This document shows positions 42,548 through 52,900 of a DNA stretch of 64,000 nt, piece after piece (the first letter of the stretch is position 1; each line of letters starts with the position of its first letter). The notes under the pieces are model-generated. The model was given only the letters and a program-made list of their open reading frames with translations, had not been told where the DNA came from and did not search any database. Source of the stretch: Actinomycetota bacterium (GTDB taxonomy: Bacteria > Actinomycetota > Actinomycetes > Actinomycetales > Microbacteriaceae); the NCBI GenBank assembly GCA_041191905.1, contig JBEENY010000001.1, positions 3,760 to 67,759 of the forward strand. Direction: 5' to 3'. Both the position numbers and the translations under genes were made by a program.

Positions 42548-42604
42548 CTCCACTTTACTCCACTTTGCTCCACTTTGGGGATATTTCTGAAGGTTTTGCT
42601 CCAC
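42548..42604 (-). promoter_or_regulatory. MraZ operator: GTGGAG direct repeats
   Basis: CTCCAC on + strand at 42548, 42558, 42568 (10-bp period) and 42599. Confidence 0.8.
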
Positions 42605-42624
42605 TTTTCATCACATTTGGGTAA

Positions 42625-42656
42625 AGAAAAACCCCGACCATCGGTCGGGGTTTTCT
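42625..42656 (-). terminator. Intrinsic terminator after DUF3040 gene
   Basis: AGAAAAACCCCGACC-ATC-GGTCGGGGTTTTCT. Confidence 0.82.
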
Positions 42657-42668
42657 GAGGTCTATTGC

Positions 42669-43013
42669 TTATTCGCCGTTGAAGCGCTGATTCCAGCGAT
42701 CTTCGAAGTAATTCCCCCCCTGGCCTGGCTGCTTTATCTCAGGCAGTTGGGGAAGAGTGAAGTTTGCACTTGCAATAGCAAGTCCGATCACCATCACGGC
42801 AAAAGCCGCTACACCAAAGAATGCGACCTGAAGCATCACCGCAAAGACCAGCATTCCTATGCCAATCAGGGTAAGAAGAACACCTCCAACCAGCTTTCCG
42901 GATGACTTGTTGGCGGAGTCGACCGCTGAAACCTTGCTGGCAAACTGAGGGTCTTCGCGCAGGTTGCGCTCCATCTCCTCAAGTAGCCGCTGTTCGCGCT
43001 CTGAAAGTGCCAT
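42669..43013 (-). CDS. DUF3040 family membrane protein
   Basis: [20 protein letters not shown], two TMs, FEDRW. Confidence 0.88.
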   Translation of the reverse strand: MALSEREQRLLEEMERNLREDPQFASKVSAVDSANKSSGKLVGGVLLTLIGIGMLVFAVMLQVAFFGVAAFAVMVIGLAIASANFTLPQLPEIKQPGQGGNYFEDRWNQRFNGE

Positions 43014-43070
43014 GGTTTACTCCAAATCTCTCCTCATTGTAAACAGCGAAATCGGGTTAGGCTATCCCGC

Positions 43071-44162
43071 GTGCCTCAAGATTTGCTGCTAACTCTGGTC
43101 CAGAAAAAGCTCGACCAGTTTTGTGACGCCAAGCGCGTTGAGCTCAGGGAAATCTCCCCAGACATCGAAGTCATCATGGACTTCACGCAATCCCTACTCA
43201 GAGGGGGCAAGCGGTTTCGTGCGCTTTTTGCTTTTTGGGCTTGGCACGGCTACGAATCTGCCGAAACTGAACTGACAATCGACAGCCCAATCGTGGGTAT
43301 CGCCAGCGCTCTAGAGATGTTCCATGCAGCCGCATTGGTTCACGATGACTTACTTGATCAGAGTGACACCAGGCGAGGCCAGCCAGCAATCCACAAAAGA
43401 TTCGAATCCCTGCACAAGGACAAGGGATTTGCGGGATCAAGCGAGCGGTTTGGCGTAGCGGGGTCCGTATTGGTGGGCGACATGATGCTGTCTTGGAGCT
43501 CGGAACTCTTTGGCGACTCTTTGTTGGCTGCAAAACACCCGATCTCCGAGGCTGCTTGCAGAACTGAATTCAGCAAAATGCGCTTTGAGGTTATGGCCGG
43601 TCAGTACCTGGATGTTCTGGAGGAGAATGCGGCCCCAACCAGACCCAGAGGTGAGGCAGTAGAGAGAGCCAATCGAGTCATGCTCTACAAGACTGCCAAG
43701 TATTCATTGGAAGCACCACTGCTGATTGGTGCCGCACTCGGTGGGGCTTCTGGGGCTCAAAGATCTGGCTTGAGTAAGTTTGGAATCCCCCTTGGGCTCG
43801 CCTTCCAGCTCAGAGATGATGTTCTCGGTGTGTTTGGAGACCCAGCGGTGACCGGAAAACCTGCAGGAGACGACCTTCGTGAGGGCAAGCGCACCGTGCT
43901 CACTGGACTCACCCTTGAAAGTGTTCCGACTTCCGTGGGTCGAGTCTTTGAGGAGTTACTCACTAGCGGTGACCTGGATGCTGAACAAATCGATTTCATG
44001 CGGAATCTAATTGTTGATTCTGGAGCTCTGGCGAAAACCGAGAGCCTGATCAATGAGTACTCTTCGCGTTCCATAGACGCTTTGGCCGTTTTGGATGTTG
44101 CTGAGCCAGCGAGAATCGCGCTAGCTCAACTTGCCAATGCAGTTATCAACCGGGCGAAGTAA
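43071..44162 (+). CDS. Polyprenyl (geranylgeranyl) diphosphate synthase
   Basis: GGKRFR, HDDLLDQSDTRRG, GQYLD, KTAKY, FQLRDD..GDDLREGK. Confidence 0.93.
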   Translation: MPQDLLLTLVQKKLDQFCDAKRVELREISPDIEVIMDFTQSLLRGGKRFRALFAFWAWHGYESAETELTIDSPIVGIASALEMFHAAALVHDDLLDQSDTRRGQPAIHKRFESLHKDKGFAGSSERFGVAGSVLVGDMMLSWSSELFGDSLLAAKHPISEAACRTEFSKMRFEVMAGQYLDVLEENAAPTRPRGEAVERANRVMLYKTAKYSLEAPLLIGAALGGASGAQRSGLSKFGIPLGLAFQLRDDVLGVFGDPAVTGKPAGDDLREGKRTVLTGLTLESVPTSVGRVFEELLTSGDLDAEQIDFMRNLIVDSGALAKTESLINEYSSRSIDALAVLDVAEPARIALAQLANAVINRAK

Positions 44163-44498
44163 TTAGCCCAGCGCCTGCGCTGCTCGACGAACCGGTGCTT
44201 TGTGACCCTGGAGCAGAGCTTCCATCGGCGTAGTACCAAGATTGTCATTCTCGGTATAGAGCCACTCGATTGCCTCTGATTCAGTGAACCCCATGTCAAT
44301 CAGCAAAAGCATGGTGCCGCGAATACTGGACAGTGGTTCGCCGTTTTGAATCAGGTGTGCCGGGACCTTCGGTTCCTTATCGACCCGAACCGCAAAGAGA
44401 ATGTGCTCTTCAATCAAGCGCCTGACCTTGGAAGCGGACACCCCAAGGGCACCAGCCACCTCGTCGATTGTCAACCAGGAATCAACCCGATCTATCAC
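44163..44498 (-). CDS. Rv2175c-family winged-helix DNA-binding protein
   Basis: WLTIDEVA..LG...KVRRL, RGT..L.D.G....A..WL, VRRAAQALG. Confidence 0.85.
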   Translation of the reverse strand: MIDRVDSWLTIDEVAGALGVSASKVRRLIEEHILFAVRVDKEPKVPAHLIQNGEPLSSIRGTMLLLIDMGFTESEAIEWLYTENDNLGTTPMEALLQGHKAPVRRAAQALG

Positions 44499-45844
44499 GC
44501 CCTGCTGCTCCTCGCACTCTCAACCAACTGCTCGGCTACCAAAAAGGCTAGCTCGAGTGACTGCATGTGATTCAATCTTGGGTCACAAACTGATTCGTAG
44601 CGCTCTTCAAGAGTGGTTTCGTCAATCATTTCGGATCCACCAAGGCACTCAGCTACATCATCACCGGTCAACTCAACGTGCAAACCACCCGGGTGGGTAC
44701 CCAAGGAGCGATGCACTTCGAAGAAGCCCATGACCTCGTCCATCACGTCATCGAACCTTCTCGACTTGTAGCCATTCTTGGTGGTGATGCCGTTGCCGTG
44801 CATCGGGTCGGTAATCCACAGCGGAGTGGCCCCGGACTCCTTCGCCGCCTCAATTAGCTTCGGAAGCTCATCCCGGATCTTGCCAGCCCCCATGCGGCTG
44901 ATCAGCGTCAAGCGACCCGGCTCGCGCTCTGGGTCGAGCTTGTCGATAAGACTTAGAACGTCTTCACGCGTTGAGGTCGGACCCAGCTTTACACCCAGCG
45001 GGTTGCGAACCCTTGAGAAGAAGTCAACGTGAGCGCCATCTAGCTGCCTGGTGCGCTCACCAATCCAAATAAAGTGACCCGAGGTCACGTATGGCAAGTT
45101 GGTGCGGGAATCAATCCTGGTGAGTGGTCGCTCATAGTCAAAGAGCAAACCCTCGTGAGAGACAAAGAACTCGGTTGCTCGCAGCTCAGTTGAGTCCACG
45201 CCGCAGGCCTGCATAAATTTCATGGCGCGGTCGATATCCGCCGCAATCGATTCATACTTCTTGTTCGCTGGGTTGTCAGTAAAGCCCTTGTTCCAGGCGT
45301 GAACCTGGCGAAGGTCCGCAAAGCCACCGGTGGTGAATGCGCGAATCAAGTTCAACGTTGATGCCGAGGTGTGATAAGCCTGCAGCAACCTGGCAGGGTC
45401 GTTGGTTCTCGACTCCTCAGTGAACTCGTAACCATTAACTGCGTCACCACGGTATGCAGGCAATGTGACATCGCCGCGGGTTTCGAAATCCGAAGATCTT
45501 GGCTTAGCAAACTGCCCAGCCATGCGACCCATCTTGATAACGGGCAGCGAGGAGCCATACATCAAAACAACTGCCATCTGAAGCACAGTCTTGATGCGAT
45601 TGCGAATGCGGTCAGCAGTTGCATCGGCAAAGGTCTCGGCGCAGTCACCACCCTGCAGCAAGAAAGCCTTTCCGCTAGCCGCCTCGGCCAAACGAGTTCG
45701 AAGGGTGTCCACCTCACCGGCAAAAACAAGCGGCGGTTGCTTCGCGAGGGTCTCAGTCGTTGCCTTCAGGGCATCGCTGGAATACCAGGTTGGCTGTTGC
45801 TTCGCTTCTAGTGAGCGGTAGTTGTCCAATCCAAAGTCGTTCAT
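44495..45844 (-). CDS. Class II DAHP synthase
   Basis: LLQGGDCAE, GRMAGQFAKPRS, WIGERTRQ, DPMHGN, CDPRLN; ATG 45844 after SD GAAGGGG. Confidence 0.95.
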   Translation of the reverse strand: MNDFGLDNYRSLEAKQQPTWYSSDALKATTETLAKQPPLVFAGEVDTLRTRLAEAASGKAFLLQGGDCAETFADATADRIRNRIKTVLQMAVVLMYGSSLPVIKMGRMAGQFAKPRSSDFETRGDVTLPAYRGDAVNGYEFTEESRTNDPARLLQAYHTSASTLNLIRAFTTGGFADLRQVHAWNKGFTDNPANKKYESIAADIDRAMKFMQACGVDSTELRATEFFVSHEGLLFDYERPLTRIDSRTNLPYVTSGHFIWIGERTRQLDGAHVDFFSRVRNPLGVKLGPTSTREDVLSLIDKLDPEREPGRLTLISRMGAGKIRDELPKLIEAAKESGATPLWITDPMHGNGITTKNGYKSRRFDDVMDEVMGFFEVHRSLGTHPGGLHVELTGDDVAECLGGSEMIDETTLEERYESVCDPRLNHMQSLELAFLVAEQLVESARSSRA

Positions 45845-45857
45845 TTCGACCCCTTCC

Positions 45858-46538
45858 CTATCGTGCCATCCGGTTGCGAACCGTTGAGGCGTAGACATCT
45901 TCGTATTGCTGGCCAGAAAGTCTCATGATGTCGTAGACGATCCGGTCGGTGACAGCGCGCAACACTGCGCGCTCACCGTCCATACCGGCAAAACGGGAGA
46001 AGTCGAGGGGGTCGCCCATGACCACACCAACTCTTCTGATCTTGGGAATTGTTTGCCCGATTCGCTGCACCTTTTCGGTGTCGATCATCGCAACCGGTAC
46101 AACTGGAACCTTGGCCTGCAGGACCATTCGTGCGATTCCGGTTCTACCGCGGTAAAGCTTGCCATCTGGGGATCGGGTGCCCTCGGGGTAAATACCGAGC
46201 AACAAGCCTCGCTCAAGAACCCCCAGTCCAGTGTTTAGTGAATCCTCGGACGCCTTACCGCCAGAGCGATCAATCGGTAGCTGACCAGTTGCCTTGAAGA
46301 ACCAGCGCACAACAGCACCCTTTATTCCCTTGCCGGTGAAGTAGTCACTCTTAGCCAAGAACGTAACTGGGCGAGAGACTTTCAGCGGAAGAAAAATTGA
46401 GTCCGAAAACGAAAGGTGATTGGAAGCCAAAATCGCGGCACCGGACTTTGGCACGTGATGCTTGCCTCGAATCCAAGGTCTGAACAAGACGCGAAGAATT
46501 GGCCCAAGTACAAAATTCTTCAGAAAGAAGTAGGCCAA
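45858..46538 (-). CDS. 1-acyl-sn-glycerol-3-phosphate acyltransferase family
   Basis: NHLSFSD (HxxxxD), FLAK, YPEGTRS. Confidence 0.92.
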   Translation of the reverse strand: MAYFFLKNFVLGPILRVLFRPWIRGKHHVPKSGAAILASNHLSFSDSIFLPLKVSRPVTFLAKSDYFTGKGIKGAVVRWFFKATGQLPIDRSGGKASEDSLNTGLGVLERGLLLGIYPEGTRSPDGKLYRGRTGIARMVLQAKVPVVPVAMIDTEKVQRIGQTIPKIRRVGVVMGDPLDFSRFAGMDGERAVLRAVTDRIVYDIMRLSGQQYEDVYASTVRNRMAR

Positions 46539-46565
46539 CGTAGAGCTCCAGTCTTTTGCTAAAGC

Positions 46566-47516
46566 TTACCCAACTGACTCGCGGGCAAGGTCGGCAGCGC
46601 CGATAACTCCAGCCTGATTCGAGAACTTGGCTGCAACCACCTTGGCCTCGGGTCTGAAACCTCTAGCTGGCAGGTCACGCAGGTAAGCCTGCCTAATCGG
46701 CTCCAAAATCAACTCCCCCACCTCGGACAAGCCACCACCGATGACGTAAACCTGAGGATCCAAAACCGCTGTGATGGTGCCCATGGCCTGACCCAGATAG
46801 CTACCAGCCTGAACCACCAGCTCGCGAGCGCCGGCATCACCCTCGAGGAGTGCTTGGTAGACCTGGTGTCCGGTCAACTCGCCAAATTCTGCCTTGAGCT
46901 CGCGCAGTCGAGCACCAGCTGGGCCTTCGCTTGCGGCAAGTTTCTTGGCGGCCTTCAGAACGGCTGTTCCTGATCCGTATTGCTCCACGCAGCCTTTACG
47001 CCCACAACCACACAACTTTCCGTCTTGAACAACCCTGACGTGTCCTAGTTCTCCACCGATTCCAAAACCTCCACGACGCAGTTTGTAATCAGCTACCACT
47101 GCACCACCAACTCCAGTGCCCAAGGTCAACATCACCATGTCCTTTGAGCCAGCACCGGCACCGAACTTGTACTCGGCCCATCCTGCTGCATTTGCATCGT
47201 TCTCGATGAACACCGGCAGGGCGAGCTTCGCGGTGAGGCGATCTCTAAATGGCTCATTGCGCCAGTTCAAATTTGGTGCATACAGGATTGTGGATTGATC
47301 GGCGTCTATGAAGCCCGCTGCCGCAACACCCGCCGCAATCACGGGTTCGCCGGAAGCTGCTTGAAGCTGCTGAATCAGGTCAACAACAACGTCAATCATT
47401 TGATCGGGATCTTGGGCCGGGCTTGGCACTCTCAGCTCGTGCAGAATTTCACCCTCGGGGTTCACCAGAGCACCGGCAATTTTGGTGCCACCGATGTCGA
47501 TTCCGATAGACAGCAT
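46566..47516 (-). CDS. ROK-family glucokinase
   Basis: GIDIGGTK, ENDANAA, GELGH, CGCGRKGCVE. Confidence 0.92.
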   Translation of the reverse strand: MLSIGIDIGGTKIAGALVNPEGEILHELRVPSPAQDPDQMIDVVVDLIQQLQAASGEPVIAAGVAAAGFIDADQSTILYAPNLNWRNEPFRDRLTAKLALPVFIENDANAAGWAEYKFGAGAGSKDMVMLTLGTGVGGAVVADYKLRRGGFGIGGELGHVRVVQDGKLCGCGRKGCVEQYGSGTAVLKAAKKLAASEGPAGARLRELKAEFGELTGHQVYQALLEGDAGARELVVQAGSYLGQAMGTITAVLDPQVYVIGGGLSEVGELILEPIRQAYLRDLPARGFRPEAKVVAAKFSNQAGVIGAADLARESVG

Positions 47517-47647
47517 GCAAACCCCTTCTTCTCCCAAGATTTTAGAGGCTCCACCAGGGTTGATAACGGAATAGTGAAAATCAGTGGTTGCGGGGTGCGC
47601 ATGCTTTGAAACTGGCTAGAGTGAGTGGCAATTCCAAGGGAGAAACC

Positions 47648-49441
47648 ATGAATTCATACGATGTTCCACAAGTTGTTGCTTCTGACCCAAAGGAAAATGC
47701 AACCGACTTGCTACTCGAGCGATTGAGGGTTAGCCCCAATCACATGCTGTTCTCTCGACCAAATGCTGATGGCAGCTGGCGCGACATCCCTGTGTCGGAT
47801 TTCTACGAAGAGGTTTGCTCGCTGGCCAAGGGTTTGATGGCCAGTGGCATCAAGCCCGGTGATGCAATCGCCATCATGTCTAAGACTCGCTATGAGTGGA
47901 CCCAGATTGATTTTGCAATCTGGTTTGCTGGGGCAATTTCAGTGCCAATCTATGAGTCCAGCTCCCCCAACCAAATTGAATGGATTCTCTCGAACTCGGA
48001 CTCGGTAGCGCTATTCGTGGAAAACGATGAGCACATTGAGCGCTTCAACCAGGCAAAAGCCGGCGCTCCAAACGTAAAGCAGGTCTGGCGTATCGACTCT
48101 CCAGAGTTTTCAGAGCTGCACCGCAAAGGTGCCGCGATCAGCGATGCAGACTTGGATGTGGCTAGAAAGAGCGCTGAGGCAAAGGACCTGGCAACCATCG
48201 TCTACACCTCCGGCACAACCGGAAATCCAAAAGGTTGCGAGCTGACCCACAAATCGTTCGTTGACCACTGTCGCAATGCCGCGGCCGAGATCCCAGAGAT
48301 CGCCAACGACAAGCAGCACTCGCTAATTTTCTTGCCGATGGCGCACATTCTTGCCAGATACGTATCCGTCATCTGCATCTATGCCGGAATCCGAGTCGGT
48401 CACCTCGGAGATTCCAAGCAGGTGGCAAGCGTGCTGCCAACCTTCAAGCCAACCTTCCTGCTTGCCGTTCCGAGGGTTTTCGAAAAGGTGTACAACGGGG
48501 GTGAGCTAAAGGCTGAAGCCGCTGGCAAGGGCAAGATTTTCCGCTTGGCTGCTGAGACTGCTATCGAGTACTCCCGCGCTTTGGACAGTAAAGCTGGTCC
48601 TGGGTTTGGTCTAAAGCTCAAGCACGGCCTATTCGACAAGTTGGTCTACTCCAAGCTGAAGGCAGCGATGGGTGGAAACGTAAAGTATGCAATCTCCGGC
48701 GGTGCACCACTTGGTGAGCGCCTGGGTCACTTCTTCCGCGGCATCGGACTAGTTGTTCTTGAAGGTTACGGACTTACCGAGACAGCTGCGGCGGCAGTGA
48801 TTGGGCGGGTTAGCTGGCAGAAGATCGGCAAAGTTGGCCGAGCACTTCCAGGAACCGGCATCAAGATTGCTGAAGATGGAGAGATCTGGCTTCGCGGTAT
48901 CAACGTGATGCGAGGCTACTGGCGCAATGAGGCAGCAACGCGTGAAGCCTTTGACGGCGACTGGTTCCGCTCCGGCGACATCGGTGAGCTCGATGAAGAT
49001 GGCTTCCTAACAATTACCGGTCGCAAGAAGGAGATTCTGGTCACGGCTGGAGGAAAGAACGTTGCCCCTGCCCCAATCGAGGATCCACTTCGCGCCCACC
49101 CACTCATTGGTCAGGTAGTGGTTATTGGTGATGCCAAGCCATTCATTTCGGCGCTGATATCTTTGGATCCTGAAATGGTTCCAGTTTGGACTCAGAACAA
49201 TGGCATGACAGAGAAACTAACCCTCGCGCAAGCAGCTAAGCATCCTGCAATCATTGCCGAGGTGCAGCAGGCCGTGGACAAGGTGAATGCGCTTTTCTCG
49301 AACGCCGAACAAATCAAAAAGTTCGAAATCTTGGATGTTGAGCTCACTGAGGCCTCGGGTCATCTAACCCCTTCGCTGAAGATCAAGCGCCCTGTCGTGA
49401 TGAAGGACTTTGCTGCGGCGATCGATCGCATTTACGGCTAA
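47648..49441 (+). CDS. Long-chain fatty-acid-CoA ligase (FadD15-like)
   Basis: YTSGTTGNPKG, EGYGLTET, SGDIG, GRKKE, LTPSLKIKR; SD AGGGAG. Confidence 0.92.
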   Translation: MNSYDVPQVVASDPKENATDLLLERLRVSPNHMLFSRPNADGSWRDIPVSDFYEEVCSLAKGLMASGIKPGDAIAIMSKTRYEWTQIDFAIWFAGAISVPIYESSSPNQIEWILSNSDSVALFVENDEHIERFNQAKAGAPNVKQVWRIDSPEFSELHRKGAAISDADLDVARKSAEAKDLATIVYTSGTTGNPKGCELTHKSFVDHCRNAAAEIPEIANDKQHSLIFLPMAHILARYVSVICIYAGIRVGHLGDSKQVASVLPTFKPTFLLAVPRVFEKVYNGGELKAEAAGKGKIFRLAAETAIEYSRALDSKAGPGFGLKLKHGLFDKLVYSKLKAAMGGNVKYAISGGAPLGERLGHFFRGIGLVVLEGYGLTETAAAAVIGRVSWQKIGKVGRALPGTGIKIAEDGEIWLRGINVMRGYWRNEAATREAFDGDWFRSGDIGELDEDGFLTITGRKKEILVTAGGKNVAPAPIEDPLRAHPLIGQVVVIGDAKPFISALISLDPEMVPVWTQNNGMTEKLTLAQAAKHPAIIAEVQQAVDKVNALFSNAEQIKKFEILDVELTEASGHLTPSLKIKRPVVMKDFAAAIDRIYG

Positions 49442-49935
49442 GGCTTCAAAAACCAGGATTGCTCTCTGAGGGCGCGAAACGCAAGTTTTCGCTCATCAGG
49501 GAGCAATCTGTCTATGTAGACCTTTCCCTCAAGATGGTCGCACTCATGCTGTAGTGCTTGCGCGAGCAAGCCTGAACCGGATATCTCCACAGTCGTCCCG
49601 TCGAGCTGCTGCCCCCTGGCGGTTGCTGTCTTATAACGGGGGGTTTTGTGCCAAAGACCGGGGAGGGACAGGCAGCCCTCTTCGGTTAGTTCTGGCTCGC
49701 CGGATACCGAAACTAGTTCTGGATTTATCAGATACCCGATTTCCCCATTGACGTTGTAGGCAAAGACCCTTAGGTCAACCCCGATTTGGTTCGCTGCAAC
49801 CCCTGCCCTGCCCGGTAGTGCGGTGGTTTCGAGCAAGTCCTCAACCAGACTCTTCGCACTGGCTAGATCAACAACGGTTCGACAGGCAGATCGAAGCACA
49901 GGGTCGCCAAAAAGTCGAATTTCCCTTACAGCCAT
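49438..49935 (-). CDS. def: Peptide deformylase
   Basis: GVAANQIG, EGCLS, QHECDHL. Confidence 0.93.
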   Translation of the reverse strand: MAVREIRLFGDPVLRSACRTVVDLASAKSLVEDLLETTALPGRAGVAANQIGVDLRVFAYNVNGEIGYLINPELVSVSGEPELTEEGCLSLPGLWHKTPRYKTATARGQQLDGTTVEISGSGLLAQALQHECDHLEGKVYIDRLLPDERKLAFRALREQSWFLKP

Positions 49936-49948
49936 CGCTAATCGCTAT

Positions 49949-52900
49949 CTATTCAATGACAGCGATGAGATCGCCGCCCTCGACCGGAGTTGGCCCTGAA
50001 ACCCCAAGCCTTACGACCCGGCCGGCAACAGCGGACTGAATATTCGCTTCCATCTTCATCGCTTCAATGGTGGCAATTGGCTGACCGATAGTCACCAGAT
50101 CACCGATTGCAACCTTAGGGGTGACGACACCTGTGAAAGGTGCCGCTGCGTGACCGGGCTTTGATGGGTCAGCTTTCTCTGCTGCAGCAGAGGCAACCTG
50201 GATACTGTGATCACGAACCGTGATTGGGCGAAGCTGACCGTTTAGCTTTGCCATCACTGTCCTGAAACCCTTTGAATCCGGCTCCGAGATAGCCTCGAGG
50301 GAAACAAAGAGCTGCAGACCCTTGCTGAGCTCGACAACGTGCTCCTCATCCGGATCTAGGCCGTAGAGGTAGTCGATGGTGTCGACGTTGTCCAAGTTTC
50401 CATATAGGTTTCTAACCCGCTCGAACTCCTTGGTTGGGGCTGGGAATAGCAGCCTATTCAGGGTCTTGCGAACCAGGCCAGCGTCATCTGAGAGCAAGTT
50501 CCTAAGATCCTCGTCGGAGACGGGCTTAAGACTCAAATCAGGATTTCTTCCGGCAAGAACCTTGGATCTGAAGGGTTCTGGCCATCCGCCCGGCAGGTCG
50601 CCTAGCTCCCCCGCCATGAAGCCAACCACCGAATCAGGGATGTCATAGTTTTGGGGGTTCTGTTCGAAGTCAAGCGGGTCTGCGCCAACTGCCACTAGGT
50701 GAAGTGCAAGGTCGCCGACCACCTTGGATGATGGTGTCACTTTCGGTGGGCGACCCAGGATTCGATTGGCCTCGGCATACATTTGCTCAACCAGCTCAAA
50801 CTTCTCCCCCAAGCCAAGCGAAATTGCCTGCTGTCGAAGGTTGGATAGCTGACCGCCAGGAATCTCATGAGTGTAAACACGGCCGGTTGGTCCTGGCAAT
50901 CCAGATTCGAACGGTGCGTAAACCTTGCGCACTGCCTCCCAGTAAGGTTCGAGACTGGTAACCGCCTCGAGCGGGATGCCGGTGTCATGCTCGGTGTTGC
51001 TCAGTGCTGCAACCAGAGCCGATGCTGATGGTTGAGATGTGGTGCCCGCCATCGGAGCGGAGGCAACGTCAACTGCATCTACCCCCGCTTCAATAGCCGC
51101 AAGCAGGGTAGCAAGCTGCCCGCCAGCGGTGTCATGGGTGTGAAGGTGGACAGGAAGGTCAAATCTCTCTCTCAGTGCCTTGACCAAAATCGAGGCGGCT
51201 CTCGGCCTCAGTAGGCCAGCCATGTCCTTGATTGCCAAAATGTGAGCACCTGCTGCGACCATTCGGTCGGCAAGCTTGAGGTAGTAGTCCAGCGTGTAAA
51301 GAGTTTCGTTCGGGTCAATCAAATTGCCCGTATAGCTGATACCGACCTCAGCCACCGACTTGGTGAGCTCTCGGACTGCCCGGATTGCAGGCTCCATTTG
51401 CTCCACGTCGTTCAGGGCATCGAAGATTCTGAAAATGTCCACACCGGTTGCAGCTGCCTGCTTAACAAAAGCTCTGGTTACCTCTTCTGGGTATGGGGTG
51501 TAACCGACAGTGTTGCGTCCGCGAAGCAGCATCTGGATGCAGACGTTAGGTAGGGCTGCTCGCAATTGAGCAAGGCGATCCCAGGGGTCCTCCCCTAGGA
51601 ATCGAAGCGCAACGTCATAGGTAGCACCACCCCAAGCCTCAACAGAGAGTAGCTGCGGCGTCAGGCGCGCGACGTATGGCGCTGCGGCTACTAAATCCCT
51701 GCCGCGCACTCTGGTTGCCAAAAGAGACTGGTGTGCGTCTCTGAAGGTGGTGTCGGTTACCGCGACAGTGCTGCGTCTGCGAAGCTCCTGAGCAAAGCCC
51801 TCCGGGCCTAGCTGCTCCAGCAATTGCTTCGATCCTGCTGGTGCCGGGATGGAAAGATCTAGCTTCGGAAGCTTTAGCTCCGGACCAGACTTACCGCTTC
51901 GCTCGCCATAAGGCTTATTTACTGTCACCTCAGCCAGCCACTGCAGCACCTTTGTGCCTCGGTCTTGAGAGGTTTTGCCGGTCATCAGCTCAGGGCGTTC
52001 GTCAATGAAGTGAGTTGAGAGATTTCCAGATGCGAATGTCTCATCCGCCAACACGGCTTGCAGGAAGTTGATGTTGGTTGCAACCCCTCGAATTCGAAAT
52101 TCAGCCAGGGCTCGTCTTGCTCTGCTGACCGCGGATTCAAAGTCTCGACCTCGGGTAATCAGCTTTACCAGCATTGAGTCAAAGTGAGGTGAAACCTCAG
52201 CACCGGTAGTCACTGTTCCACCATCGAGTCGAATACCAGCACCGCCTGGTGAGCGGTAGGTGGTGATCATTCCGGTGTCTGGGCGGAAACCTGCAGCAGG
52301 GTCTTCGGTCGTGATTCGGCACTGCAGAGCAAAGCCGTGAGGCTTGATCCCCTCTTGGCTCAGACCAAGTTCTGCGAGAGTAGCGCCGGCCGCAATCTTG
52401 AGCTGAGACTGCACCAGGTCGACATCGGTGACTTCTTCGGTCACGGTGTGCTCCACCTGAATGCGAGGATTCATTTCAATAAAGACATGCTTGCCCGCGT
52501 TTGGGCCAATTGTGTCAATCAAAAACTCGACAGTTCCAGCGTTCTGGTAGCCAATCTCCTTGGCAAATGCGACAGCGTCTCGGAACAGTTTCTGTCGCAA
52601 CTCCTCATCAAGCAGTGGGGCTGGAGCAATCTCGACGACTTTCTGATTCCTGCGCTGAATCGAGCAATCACGCTCGTGCAGATGAATTACATTGCCGTGA
52701 GTGTCAGCGAGAATCTGAACCTCGATGTGCCTTGGTCGCAAAACTGCCTGCTCGAGAAAGACCCTCGGGTCTCCAAAGGCACTGCCCGCTTCTCGCATTG
52801 CCGCCTCGAGAGCACCTGGAAGTTCTGCCTCGAGTTCAACCTTGCGCATACCGCGTCCGCCGCCGCCGGCAACTGCCTTCACAAACAATGGGAAACCGAT

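Noticed and set aside
42523-42573. mraZ N-terminal extension [12 protein letters not shown], or a CRISPR-like repeat
   Set aside because: It is the translated MraZ operator; repeats are 10 bp with no spacers
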